Shown here piece after piece: positions 1 through 9,968 of a stretch of DNA of 64,000 nucleotides; positions within the stretch are counted from its first letter, which is position 1; each line of letters begins with the position of its first letter. The stretch is from positions 1,856,001-1,920,000 of the forward strand of contig OZ223300.1 of the NCBI GenBank assembly GCA_965140705.1. The letters run 5' to 3'. The position numbers and the translations under genes are program-made. Source of the DNA: an uncultured Arcobacter sp. (GTDB lineage Bacteria; Campylobacterota; Campylobacteria; Campylobacterales; Arcobacteraceae). Under the pieces are notes generated by a model that saw nothing but the letters and a program-made list of their open reading frames with translations, was not told the DNA's origin and searched no databases.

Positions 1-1137
1 AATAAAGAACTTGAAGTATTAGAAGAAAAAGACGTAACAATTGATAATAATATTACTACAACTATTGATATAAGACTAGAAAAGTATATTCATGATATTT
101 TTGATCAAAAAGCTGGTGCAGTAATTGTAATGAATGTAAATAATGGTGAAATATTAGCAGCTGCTTCTTTTCCAGAATTTGATAATAATGTTTTTGTAAA
201 TGGAATTTCATATAAAGAGTGGGATGATTTACAAAATGATATTAATAAACCATTTACGAATAAAATTACTAATGGTATGTATCCTCCAGGAAGTGTATGG
301 AAAATGGGTGTAGCTTTAGGATTACTAGAGAATGGAATAAGTAAAAATTTTAAAGTAAATTGTACAGGAACATATGAATTTGCAAATAGAAAATTTAGAT
401 GTTGGAAAAAAGATGGACATGGAATAGTTGATTTTGTTAAAGCTATTAGAGAAAGTTGCGACGATTTTTTCTATAAGGCTAGCCAAAAAGTAGGTATAAA
501 TAAAATTAGTGAAACAATGGCAAAACTTGGATTTGGAGAGAAAACAGGTGTTGATCAAATGTATGAATTTATTGGTATAAATCCAAATGAGGCTTGGAAA
601 AGAAAAAAATATAATAGAGCTTGGTTCACAGGTGAAACACTTATTTCATCTATTGGACAAGGTTCTGTGCTTGTAACTCCTATGCAAATTGCAAGATATA
701 CCTCTTTCTTAGCAACTGATAAATTAGCAACTCCCCACTTTTATAAAGATGCTTACGTAGAGCCTAAAAAAGTTGATATTGATCCAGAAAACTTAAAACT
801 TGTACAAAAAGGTATGTATGAAGTTGCAAATGATAAAAGAGGAACTGCTTACTGGCATTTAAGAGGTATAAATCCTAAAATAAAGGTTGCTGCAAAGACT
901 GGAACAGCTCAAGTTATTGGAATAGATCAAGATGTAAAAAAAAGAGTTCATGAAAATGATTTAGAATATTTAAAAAGATCACACGCTTGGTTAACTACTT
1001 ATGGTCCTTTTAGCAATCCTCAGTATGCAGTAACAATATTAGTAGAACATGGGGGACATGGGGGAAGTGCAGCAGGAGAGATTACTACTAAGATTTATAA
1101 TAAATTAATAGAATTAGGCTACATAAAAGTAAACTAA
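1..1137 (+). CDS. mrdA: Penicillin-binding protein 2 (5'-truncated by window edge)
   Basis: Frame open from base 1; transpeptidase motifs SVWK (SxxK), SCD (SxD, PBP2 type), KTG; EHGGHGG tail. Confidence 0.93.
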   Translation, partial: NKELEVLEEKDVTIDNNITTTIDIRLEKYIHDIFDQKAGAVIVMNVNNGEILAAASFPEFDNNVFVNGISYKEWDDLQNDINKPFTNKITNGMYPPGSVWKMGVALGLLENGISKNFKVNCTGTYEFANRKFRCWKKDGHGIVDFVKAIRESCDDFFYKASQKVGINKISETMAKLGFGEKTGVDQMYEFIGINPNEAWKRKKYNRAWFTGETLISSIGQGSVLVTPMQIARYTSFLATDKLATPHFYKDAYVEPKKVDIDPENLKLVQKGMYEVANDKRGTAYWHLRGINPKIKVAAKTGTAQVIGIDQDVKKRVHENDLEYLKRSHAWLTTYGPFSNPQYAVTILVEHGGHGGSAAGEITTKIYNKLIELGYIKVN

Positions 1138-1139
1138 TT

Positions 1140-2396
1140 CTAAATAGTTTTCATCTTAGCTATTTCTTTTCCTATAAACTCTTTTTCATTTGCTTCTGAA
1201 ACAATTAATTTAGAGATTTCATCTGTAATTATTGCTATATCATGAGTTTTTGATGCAATATTAGAATTTTCTTGCGTTTGTTTATCCAAGATATTTATAG
1301 CATCATTAATTTGTTCAATTCCCAATAACTGTTCTTTTGATGCAGTTTCAATATTGGAAATAAGCTCAGTTGTTTGTTCTATATTATTGTGTAATAAAAT
1401 ATAACCATTCTTCATCTCATCTGCAATACTCTTACCATAATTTGCTTTTGTATTAGCACTTTCAACTATTTTTTTTATCTCTTTTGCAGCTTCTGCACTT
1501 CTTGAAGCTAAATTTCTCACTTCTTGTGCAACAACAGCAAAACCTTTTCCAGCTTCTCCAGCAGTTGCGGCTTCTACTGCTGCATTTAAGCTTAAAATAT
1601 TTGTTTGAAATGCTATTTGATCAATTATTATAATTGCTTCATTTATTGAATTTACTTGTGTATTAATTTCATCCATAGCAACCGTCGTTTTATTTGCTAA
1701 TTCTTCACCAACTTGAACGGATTTAATAACTTCACTTGAAAACTCTGACATTTTAACAATAGTTTCCGTATTTAATCTAATATTTCCAGTTATTTCATCA
1801 ATAGCTGTAGCTGTTTCTTCTATACTTGCAGCTGCATTTGTTGAACTTTCATTTAAATTTTGAACATTTTCAAGCAATTGATTAGAAGTGTAATCTAAGG
1901 TCAAACCATTTGATTTATTTTCAAAAAGAATTCTAGAAATCAAATCAGTGACATTATTTAGTGCCAAAATTAATTTTCCACTTTCATTCTCAATTTTTTT
2001 AGTAAAATTCAATTTTTCATAGTTATCTAATACATTAGTTATTTTATGAAGATTCGAACCTAGCATATCATGAAGTTTATCTACAAGGCTATTTATTGTT
2101 TTTGCTATATAATTTAATTTTTTATTAGAAGTATCTATATAATGAACTTTGTCAGAAATATATCCATCTGATAATTTTTCTGCAATTAACATTATTTCAC
2201 CAAAAACCAATAATTCATCTTCATTTTTTCTACACATTTTTTCACTTATAATAGATAATTTATCTATTATTTTTTGATTAAATCCTGATGTCTTATAATC
2301 AATCTTTGGTAAAGAATTTATTTCACCATCAACAAATTTTTCTAAGTTATCAAAAATTTCTAATATTTTATTTTCACTTGTATTATTAAAAAACAT
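1140..2396 (-). CDS. Soluble methyl-accepting chemotaxis protein
   Basis: [37 protein letters not shown] signalling hairpin; no hydrophobic segment seen. Confidence 0.92.
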   Translation of the reverse strand: MFFNNTSENKILEIFDNLEKFVDGEINSLPKIDYKTSGFNQKIIDKLSIISEKMCRKNEDELLVFGEIMLIAEKLSDGYISDKVHYIDTSNKKLNYIAKTINSLVDKLHDMLGSNLHKITNVLDNYEKLNFTKKIENESGKLILALNNVTDLISRILFENKSNGLTLDYTSNQLLENVQNLNESSTNAAASIEETATAIDEITGNIRLNTETIVKMSEFSSEVIKSVQVGEELANKTTVAMDEINTQVNSINEAIIIIDQIAFQTNILSLNAAVEAATAGEAGKGFAVVAQEVRNLASRSAEAAKEIKKIVESANTKANYGKSIADEMKNGYILLHNNIEQTTELISNIETASKEQLLGIEQINDAINILDKQTQENSNIASKTHDIAIITDEISKLIVSEANEKEFIGKEIAKMKTI

Positions 2397-2413
2397 CTTA
2401 TTAAAGCCTTATT

Positions 2414-2797
2414 CTATTTCATAGTTTTATACAAATTAATTGCATCATTTATTTCTTCATCTGTAGGTTTAACTCTCACTGATATATATCTTAATTCACC
2501 ACTAGGAGTTTGTGAGGGATAAGCAGTAGCATTTACCCAATAAAAACCACCACTTTTTGTAATATTTTTAACAATACCTTTCCATACTTTTCCAGATTTA
2601 ATTGTATTCCATAAGTCTGCAAATGCTGCTTTTGGCATATCATCATGTCTTACATAATTATGTGGTTTACCGATTAATTCTTCTTTCGTATAACCAGCTA
2701 TTTCACAAAAATCATTATTTGCATAAACAATGATTCCTTTTGCATTTGTTTCTGATACTATCATTGTATCTTTAGATAATTTTACTTCTTGTGACAA
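2414..2797 (-). CDS. Stand-alone Aer-type PAS domain protein (CetB-like)
   Basis: PHNYVRHDDMP...LW...W.G.VKN...FYWV pattern of Aer FAD-binding PAS; TTG start with AAGGAG RBS. Confidence 0.88.
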   Translation of the reverse strand: MSQEVKLSKDTMIVSETNAKGIIVYANNDFCEIAGYTKEELIGKPHNYVRHDDMPKAAFADLWNTIKSGKVWKGIVKNITKSGGFYWVNATAYPSQTPSGELRYISVRVKPTDEEINDAINLYKTMK

Positions 2798-2946
2798 AAT
2801 AAACTCCTTATAAACCCAAAATTTCTATTTTCAATATTTTAATACTTAATATAAATTTAATTAAAAAATTAATTTTATCAATTAAGATTAAATTTATAGG
2901 ATATTATCTGAATGTAATTTCGTTTATTCTTAAATAATAATATTAT

Positions 2947-3699
2947 TTACTTTCTAAACCATTTTTTGTAGATTTTTTCATATGCATTATTTTTAGTAAT
3001 CTCAGCAAATAATAGATTTAACTTCTCTTTTAAATCTTCATTACTCTTTTTTAAAGCTATTGAATACTTAATCGTACAAATATCATCACTTAAAATTCTA
3101 AATTTGTTATCATGGCTTTCAACTTGTTCTTTTGCCCATGTTGACCCAGCAGTGACAGCATCAATATTATTATAAGATAAAGCTTTTATTAACTGTGGAT
3201 ATTGAGAAAATGTAACTGTAGATACATGCGGTTGTATTTTCAAAAAATTTGCTAAATAATTTGTTCCTTTTAAAGAACCTACATGCATATTATTCATCTC
3301 TTTCAAACTCTTAATACTATTATTGTTATTTAATAAAACAATTTGTTCATCTAAATAATAAGGTTTAGTAAAAATAATATTTTTATTACTATTTTTATCT
3401 TCTACCATTCCTGCGAAAAGAATATCTACTTTATCAGATAAAAGCATTTTTTCTTTGTTAATAGAATTTACTTCTACAAACATAACTCTTAATTCTAATT
3501 TATTCATCATTGTTTTAATTAAATCGATATCAAAACCATCAAGCCTACCTTCATTATTTATAAAGCCAAAAGGTTTATAATCATATTTAACTCCAACTCT
3601 TATATATCCATCATCTAGGATTTCTTTTAAATCTTTTGAAAAAGAATATTGAACTATTAATATTAAAATAATAAAACTTTTCATGATGTAGATATGCAT
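2947..3699 (-). CDS. Polar amino-acid ABC-type substrate-binding protein (family 3), orphan
   Basis: Signal peptide; IRVGVKYDYKPF, GFDIDL, IYKKWF motifs. Confidence 0.85.
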   Translation of the reverse strand: MHIYIMKSFIILILIVQYSFSKDLKEILDDGYIRVGVKYDYKPFGFINNEGRLDGFDIDLIKTMMNKLELRVMFVEVNSINKEKMLLSDKVDILFAGMVEDKNSNKNIIFTKPYYLDEQIVLLNNNNSIKSLKEMNNMHVGSLKGTNYLANFLKIQPHVSTVTFSQYPQLIKALSYNNIDAVTAGSTWAKEQVESHDNKFRILSDDICTIKYSIALKKSNEDLKEKLNLLFAEITKNNAYEKIYKKWFRK

Positions 3700-3838
3700 A
3701 ATTCATTCCTTATTATTTACCAATGATTAAATTTATCTTAAAATATAAAATTTTATTATAATATAAATTTCTTAAATTATCTTTTGAATTTAAACTTTTT
3801 TTAGTTATCATTCCTTTTTACTTTTCTAAGGATACTAA

Positions 3839-4567
3839 TTGAGAGTTATATTAGCACTTTTTATATTTTCTATTTCACTTTTTGCTGCTGATAATTTGCC
3901 AGTGATAAATCTTTCAATTGCATCAATCGATCAACCTGCACAATTTGTAAAAACAATAAATATTGCTATTATTCTTATTTTATTAGCAATGGCACCAACT
4001 CTACTACTTATGGTGACAAGCTTTACAAGACTTATAATTGTCTTATCATTACTAAGACAAGCTATGGGGCTTCAACAAGCACCTCCAAATCAAATAGTAA
4101 TATCAATGGCACTTATTTTAACTATATTTATTATGGAACCCTATGCTAAGACCTCTTATAATGAAGGTATTAAGCCTTATATGGAAGAAAAGATTGGTTA
4201 TGAAGAAGCTTTTGCTAAAAGTGTAAAGCCTTTTAAAGAGTTCATGATAAAAAATACAAGAGAAGAAGACATTGCTCTTTTTTATCGTATTAAAAAAGAA
4301 AAAAATCCTAAAAATATAGATGATGTTTCACTTACTCTTTTAATGCCTGCCTTTATTGTAAGTGAATTAAGAACTGCCTTTGAAATAGGATTTTTAATAT
4401 TTTTACCTTTTTTAGTTATTGATATTATTGTAGCTTCCATTCTTATGAGTTTAGGTATGATGATGTTACCTCCGGTAATGATATCCTTACCTATAAAGGT
4501 TATCTTTTTTATTATTATAGATGGGTGGCAACTTATTATTGGAAATCTTGCACAATCCTTTAAATAG
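3839..4567 (+). CDS. fliP: Flagellar export gate protein FliP
   Basis: TSFTRLIIVLSLLRQAMG.QQAPPNQ and MSLGMMMLPPVMISLPIK motifs. Confidence 0.97.
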   Translation: MRVILALFIFSISLFAADNLPVINLSIASIDQPAQFVKTINIAIILILLAMAPTLLLMVTSFTRLIIVLSLLRQAMGLQQAPPNQIVISMALILTIFIMEPYAKTSYNEGIKPYMEEKIGYEEAFAKSVKPFKEFMIKNTREEDIALFYRIKKEKNPKNIDDVSLTLLMPAFIVSELRTAFEIGFLIFLPFLVIDIIVASILMSLGMMMLPPVMISLPIKVIFFIIIDGWQLIIGNLAQSFK

Positions 4568-4635
4568 TAAATTTAATTACCTTATTACTTATCTTAATTT
4601 TAGATGAACAATTAATTATAAATCTTTTACTAAAT

Positions 4636-4685
4636 TATATTAACACAATAACCCAAATATAATATTAACAGTATATTAACACAAT
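4636..4685 (+). promoter_or_regulatory. Direct-repeat array upstream of MCP, putative regulator site
   Basis: TATATTAACACAAT at 4636-4649 and 4672-4685, plus ATATTAACA at 4662-4670. Confidence 0.4.
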
Positions 4686-4728
4686 TTTATTTTATTATAA
4701 AATTATCCCAAAATATATTGGAGAAATC

Positions 4729-6636
4729 ATGAGACCTTTATCAATTAAGACAAAAACTCTAGCGCTTATTACTATTATAATTATTATAATGTCAATTATA
4801 ATTTCTCAAATAGCAATTTACGAAATAAATACATTAACCCAAATACAAGCTAAGCAATTTAGACAAGGTGAATATAAAGAAAGAACAGAAGAGTTGAAAA
4901 ATCACATTGAAATTATCAAAAACCTTATTTCACAATATGAAAAAAAGTATGGGGATGAGGGGAAGAAAAAAGTAATAGAAAAAATCAGAAATATAAAATA
5001 TGGTAATAATGGATATTTTTGGATCACTGATTTAAATATGAGAATGGTGATGCACCCTATTAATTCAGCTCTTGAAGGAAAAGATTTAACTAAAGATGTT
5101 AATTTTGTAAATAATAATGTTTTTGACCAAATGAGTAAAATAGTTAAAAATAAAGGAGAAGGAAGAATTGATTATGAATTACATAAAGGAGATGATTCAG
5201 AACCAATTGCAAAATTTTCTTATATTACCTTGTTTAAACCTTGGGGATGGATAATAGGAACGGGAACAAATGTAGATGATGTAGAAAAAACTATTCTTGA
5301 AATGAGAATACAAACGAAAAATCAAATAAGTGCAATTATATTAGAAGTATCGGGATTTACTCTACTAGCAGTTATTATTTCTTATATTTTAGTAATTTTT
5401 GCATTTAATAATATTGTTAAAAAACCATTAGAGATATTTAAAGACAATTTTAAAAGATTTTTAGATTTTATTACAATGGTTGATAATAAATATAGACCAA
5501 GTGAAGTTATTTATTCTGATGAAATAGGAGAACTAACTTTATTATTAAATGAAGTAGCACTACAAATAGATAAAAAACTCAAAGATGACATAAGAGTTAT
5601 GGGAGAAGTTGTATTAACAGCTGATAAAGTAGAACAAGGTATATATAAGTGTAGAATACATGGAGATTCAGAAAATCCTATGATATTAACTTTAAAAAAT
5701 ACACTAAATAAAATGCTAAATGTTCTCGAAAACAATATGTTAAATGTAAAAGAGACTTTAGATGAATATATTAATGGTGATTTTAGAAATAGAGTTATAA
5801 TAGATGAGAACTTAAAAGAAGAGATGCTTGCAGTTATGATAAGAGTTAATAGTCTAGGTGATGCTCTAAGCCATAGTGCAAAAACAAACTTAACAAATGG
5901 ACAAACACTAGAAGAGAACTCTTTTAATTTAACAAATTCTATGAAAAACTTGGCAGATAAAGCTAATGATCAAGCAGCTTCATTAGAAGAAACAGCTGCT
6001 GCAGTTGAAGAAATAACATCAATAACTAGAAATAATACAACTAATGCTTCAAAAATGTCAGAATTAGGAAAAACAGTTAAATTATCTGTTTCAAAAGGAG
6101 AGGAGCATGCAGCAAATACAGCTTCAGCAATGGAAGAGATAAATGAAAAAGTATCTGCAATAAACGAAGCAATTAATATAATCGATCAAATCGCCTTTCA
6201 AACAAATATTTTAAGTCTAAATGCAGCAGTTGAATCAGCAACAGCAGGAGAAGCTGGAAAAGGTTTTGCAGTTGTAGCACAAGAAGTAAGAAACCTAGCA
6301 TCTCGCTCTGCAGAAGCTGCACGTGAGATAAAAGAACTAGTTGAGGATGCAAATAATAAAGCAATGGAAGGTAAAAAGATATCAGATGGAATGATTGAAG
6401 ATTACAAAGAATTAAATAAACATATTTCAGAAACAATTCACATTATTGAAGATGTTTCATCAGCTTCAAAAGAGCAAATGAATGGAATAGAACAAATAAA
6501 TGATGCCGTGACAAAGCTTGATAGTGTTACCCAAGAAAATGCAAGTGAAGCAAATAAAATAAAAAATATATCAAGCGATGTTTCTGATATGGCAAATAGT
6601 CTTGTAGAAGATGCAAAAAATAAAAAATTTAACTAA
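4729..6636 (+). CDS. Methyl-accepting chemotaxis protein with periplasmic Cache domain
   Basis: Two TM segments flanking GYFWI...MHP...W.WIIGTG Cache motifs; C-terminal MCP signal domain. Confidence 0.93.
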   Translation: MRPLSIKTKTLALITIIIIIMSIIISQIAIYEINTLTQIQAKQFRQGEYKERTEELKNHIEIIKNLISQYEKKYGDEGKKKVIEKIRNIKYGNNGYFWITDLNMRMVMHPINSALEGKDLTKDVNFVNNNVFDQMSKIVKNKGEGRIDYELHKGDDSEPIAKFSYITLFKPWGWIIGTGTNVDDVEKTILEMRIQTKNQISAIILEVSGFTLLAVIISYILVIFAFNNIVKKPLEIFKDNFKRFLDFITMVDNKYRPSEVIYSDEIGELTLLLNEVALQIDKKLKDDIRVMGEVVLTADKVEQGIYKCRIHGDSENPMILTLKNTLNKMLNVLENNMLNVKETLDEYINGDFRNRVIIDENLKEEMLAVMIRVNSLGDALSHSAKTNLTNGQTLEENSFNLTNSMKNLADKANDQAASLEETAAAVEEITSITRNNTTNASKMSELGKTVKLSVSKGEEHAANTASAMEEINEKVSAINEAINIIDQIAFQTNILSLNAAVESATAGEAGKGFAVVAQEVRNLASRSAEAAREIKELVEDANNKAMEGKKISDGMIEDYKELNKHISETIHIIEDVSSASKEQMNGIEQINDAVTKLDSVTQENASEANKIKNISSDVSDMANSLVEDAKNKKFN

Positions 6637-6645
6637 GGAGTTAAT

Positions 6646-7050
6646 ATGTCAGCTGGAAAAGAAATAGTTTTAGATAAATCAGCTTTCTTAGTAAGTGAAA
6701 CTGATGAAAAAGGTATTATAAGATTTGCAAATGATACTTTTTGCAAAATTGCAGGATATAAACTTGAAGAACTTGTTGGACAACCACATAGTATAGTTAG
6801 AAGTAAATATATGCCAAAAAAAGCATTTAAATCTCTTTGGGAGACCGTACAATCTGGCGAAATTTGGACAGGATATGTAAAGAATGCCACAAAGTCAGGT
6901 GATTTTTACTGGGTATATGCAACTGTTTTCCCATTTACAAGTTGTAACGGTTCTAAGGGATATCTATCATGTAGAAGAAAACCTTCCGAAAAAGAGATTG
7001 AAGAAGCTGAAGAATTATATGCAATTTGGAATAAAGAAGAAGGGAAATAG
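6646..7050 (+). CDS. Stand-alone Aer-type PAS domain protein (CetB-like)
   Basis: LVSETD.KG.I..AN..F..IAGY..EELVGQPH, FYWV; TAAGGAG RBS overlapping MCP stop. Confidence 0.87.
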   Translation: MSAGKEIVLDKSAFLVSETDEKGIIRFANDTFCKIAGYKLEELVGQPHSIVRSKYMPKKAFKSLWETVQSGEIWTGYVKNATKSGDFYWVYATVFPFTSCNGSKGYLSCRRKPSEKEIEEAEELYAIWNKEEGK

Positions 7051-7163
7051 AAAATATTTCATACTTATTTTTTATCAATAATTATAAGAAAATATAATAA
7101 ATAGTTTTACATTATTTTAATTAAAAAAGCATTATAATAACTTTTTAAAAATAAAGGTTACTT

Positions 7164-8513
7164 ATGAATAAACTATTTGTATTTTTGTTAATAACTTCCA
7201 TATACTCTTTTGCAAAAGAGGTAACATTTGATGAAGCATTGTCTTTATTACTTAAAAATAGTAAAGAATTAAAATCTAAAAAATTAGATATAAAACAATC
7301 ACATGCAATACTAGATGAAATATCTGCAAATAATTATGGGGCTTTAAATTTCAAAGAGACATATACAACTACAAATCATGCAGGATATGCTTTTAATTCA
7401 AAACTAAGTTCTAGAAAAGCTACCTTTGGTGATTTTGGATTAGGTTCGTATACAGGTCCTGGTTCTATTGGAGAGGCACCAGATGATTTAAATTATCCAA
7501 AATCTACAGAAAACTATGAAACAAAACTTACTTATGACATTCCATTATTTACAGGTTTTAAAATATCAAATTCAAAAGATATTGCTCAACTTCAAGTTCA
7601 AGCTAAAAATAAAAAATATCAATATGATGAAAAACTTCTAACTTTAGAATTATTAAGAGCTTATAATGCTTGTGTTGCAGCTAAAGAGTACTTGAAATCT
7701 ACACAAAAAGCAAAAGAAGTAACTAAATCTTTTGTAAATTTTTCAAATGAAATGTTCAAAGAAGGATTAGTTACAAAAATAGATTTAAATGAAGCACAAG
7801 TAAGAGATTTAAATACTAATGTAAAACTAAAAGAAGCACAAAATAAAGTATCACTTTCACTTTCTTATTTAAGTTTTTTAGTTGGTGATGAAATTACAGA
7901 TGTAAAAAACTTTGAAGAGGTAAAACTTTCAAATCTTGATTTAAATACTATTCAAGAAGATGCTATAAATAAAAGAGAAGACTATAAATATATTGATTTA
8001 AATACTAAATCTTCAAAGAAAAATATAAAAGTAGCACAAGCTGATTATTATCCTAAAATTGATGCACATGTAGAATATGGATATAGTGATGATAAGTTAA
8101 AAAATTTTAATGATACACAAGATTTCTATCTAGCAAAGGTACAATTAAATATGAAAATATTTGATATGTCCAGAGAAGCAAAAATAGAGAAAAGTAGAAT
8201 CAATTATAATAAATTAATGTTAGAAAAAGAACAATTTAAAGATTCTATAAAACTTGAAGTAAAACAAAACTATTTAAATTATTTATCAAATGAAGAGATT
8301 CTAGTAGAAAAAATAAAAGCTCAAAACTTAGCAGAAGAAGTTTTAGTAAAAGCAGAAGATATGTATAAAAATAAACTACTAAAAATGACAGACCTATTGG
8401 CACAACAAGCCTCATTACAAAGAGCAGAAGCAGAAGTAATTATGTCAAAATTTAATCTTACTTTTGTGAAAGCAAAATTAAAACTATCAATGGGAAAATC
8501 CTTAAAGGAATAG
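7164..8513 (+). CDS. TolC-family outer membrane protein
   Basis: Signal peptide; two OEP repeats (IPLFTGF, ADYYPKI), helical C-terminus. Confidence 0.88.
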   Translation: MNKLFVFLLITSIYSFAKEVTFDEALSLLLKNSKELKSKKLDIKQSHAILDEISANNYGALNFKETYTTTNHAGYAFNSKLSSRKATFGDFGLGSYTGPGSIGEAPDDLNYPKSTENYETKLTYDIPLFTGFKISNSKDIAQLQVQAKNKKYQYDEKLLTLELLRAYNACVAAKEYLKSTQKAKEVTKSFVNFSNEMFKEGLVTKIDLNEAQVRDLNTNVKLKEAQNKVSLSLSYLSFLVGDEITDVKNFEEVKLSNLDLNTIQEDAINKREDYKYIDLNTKSSKKNIKVAQADYYPKIDAHVEYGYSDDKLKNFNDTQDFYLAKVQLNMKIFDMSREAKIEKSRINYNKLMLEKEQFKDSIKLEVKQNYLNYLSNEEILVEKIKAQNLAEEVLVKAEDMYKNKLLKMTDLLAQQASLQRAEAEVIMSKFNLTFVKAKLKLSMGKSLKE

Positions 8514-8642
8514 TAATTATTTTCCATTAATCTTCAGTTAAATTATTTATCTATACTTTTTTATTATTTTGTCATTTTTAACTCATTTAATCTTAAGTAG
8601 TACTTAAATATAATGAGTTAATTTTATATAAAAAGATACTTA

Positions 8643-9959
8643 ATGATAAAAAAATTACTATTGGCAACTACTTTTACTTTTTCTATTGCTTTTGGTTCTG
8701 AAAGTTTAACCTCATATGACCAAGCAGTAAAACTATTTAATGAAAAAAACTATGAAAAAGCTTACGAAATATTTCTTTCTTTATCAAAAAATGATTTGGA
8801 AAACCAAAATCTAAACTTCTATCTTGGAAGATGTGAATATGAGCAAGGGAAATATGATATAGCAATAAGTTATTATGAAAGAATACTTTTTGCTCAACCA
8901 AATAATTTAAGAGCTCAAATAGAAATAGCCCAAAGTAATTTGATGCTTAAAAACTATACTCAAGCAATAAAAGACTTTAATGCTGTTTTAGTAAATGCAG
9001 ATACTCCAGCTAATGTAAAAAAAAGTATTGAAGCAAGACTTGCTTACATAAAACAAACTATGCAAAAAAACTTTATAAGTGGGGCTTTAGTATTTGATTT
9101 AAGTTATGATTCAAATGTAAATAACTCAGCAACAGCAGGTGAGTACTCAGTCTTTGTACCCCAATTGGGAACTGATTTTAAATTATCAAATAATGCAAAA
9201 GAAGAATCAGATTACTATTATGATGCCATTGCTGTTATAAACCATGTATATAAATATAATGAAAACTTCTCTTTAAATAATAACCTTGTAGCTTATACCC
9301 AAGATTATGATACTAAAAAAGATAGTAATATTGATGTTATCTCATTTACTTCTACTCCTACTTTTTATGAAGGGGCAAATAAATATGGCACTGGACTTGG
9401 AATTGATTATGTTAGATACAATGATAAAGACTATTTAAAAAACTATAATTTGATACTTTCAAACTCTCATCTTTTTGCACAAACAACTTTAAATGATATT
9501 ACTTTTAAACTAAGTAAAAAACTCTATGACCAAGAAGAAGATAAACAAAAAAATGCTTATGTATTTGATTTAACAAATAGCTTAAAATATAAAACAGAAG
9601 ACTTTGGACTTTTTACTTTAGATACTTCATATAGTAAAGAAATAGAAATATATGAACAAAGAACAGATGTAAGTAAAGAATCATTTGAAATAGGTTTAGA
9701 AAATAGTTTAGCTTTGCCATATAAATTTAATCTAAACACAAATATAAATAGTAAAAAAGTAATCTATAGGGATACAGATGTTAACTTTCTATCTAGAAGA
9801 GTTGATAAGATAAATAGTGTCTCACTTGGAATAAGTAGACCAATAAGAAAAAACTTAATCTTTGCCTTAAAAGGAACAGCTACAAACAATATGTCAAATC
9901 AAGCACCCTTTGATTATAAAAAACAAGTTATTAAATCTTCATTGATTTATACATTCTAA
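8643..9959 (+). CDS. TPR + beta-barrel outer membrane protein, Slam/DUF560-like
   Basis: Signal peptide, N-terminal TPRs, YDSNVN motif, amphipathic strands, SN...FDY.K...YTF terminus. Confidence 0.75.
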   Translation: MIKKLLLATTFTFSIAFGSESLTSYDQAVKLFNEKNYEKAYEIFLSLSKNDLENQNLNFYLGRCEYEQGKYDIAISYYERILFAQPNNLRAQIEIAQSNLMLKNYTQAIKDFNAVLVNADTPANVKKSIEARLAYIKQTMQKNFISGALVFDLSYDSNVNNSATAGEYSVFVPQLGTDFKLSNNAKEESDYYYDAIAVINHVYKYNENFSLNNNLVAYTQDYDTKKDSNIDVISFTSTPTFYEGANKYGTGLGIDYVRYNDKDYLKNYNLILSNSHLFAQTTLNDITFKLSKKLYDQEEDKQKNAYVFDLTNSLKYKTEDFGLFTLDTSYSKEIEIYEQRTDVSKESFEIGLENSLALPYKFNLNTNINSKKVIYRDTDVNFLSRRVDKINSVSLGISRPIRKNLIFALKGTATNNMSNQAPFDYKKQVIKSSLIYTF

Positions 9960-9968
9960 GGATTTAAC

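Noticed and set aside
3839..4567. Isolated fliP away from other flagellar genes
   Set aside because: Dispersed flagellar genes are normal in Campylobacterota
1490..6330. Inverted nucleotide similarity between the two MCP genes as possible inversion ends
   Set aside because: Explained by the conserved MCP signalling hairpin; many synonymous differences
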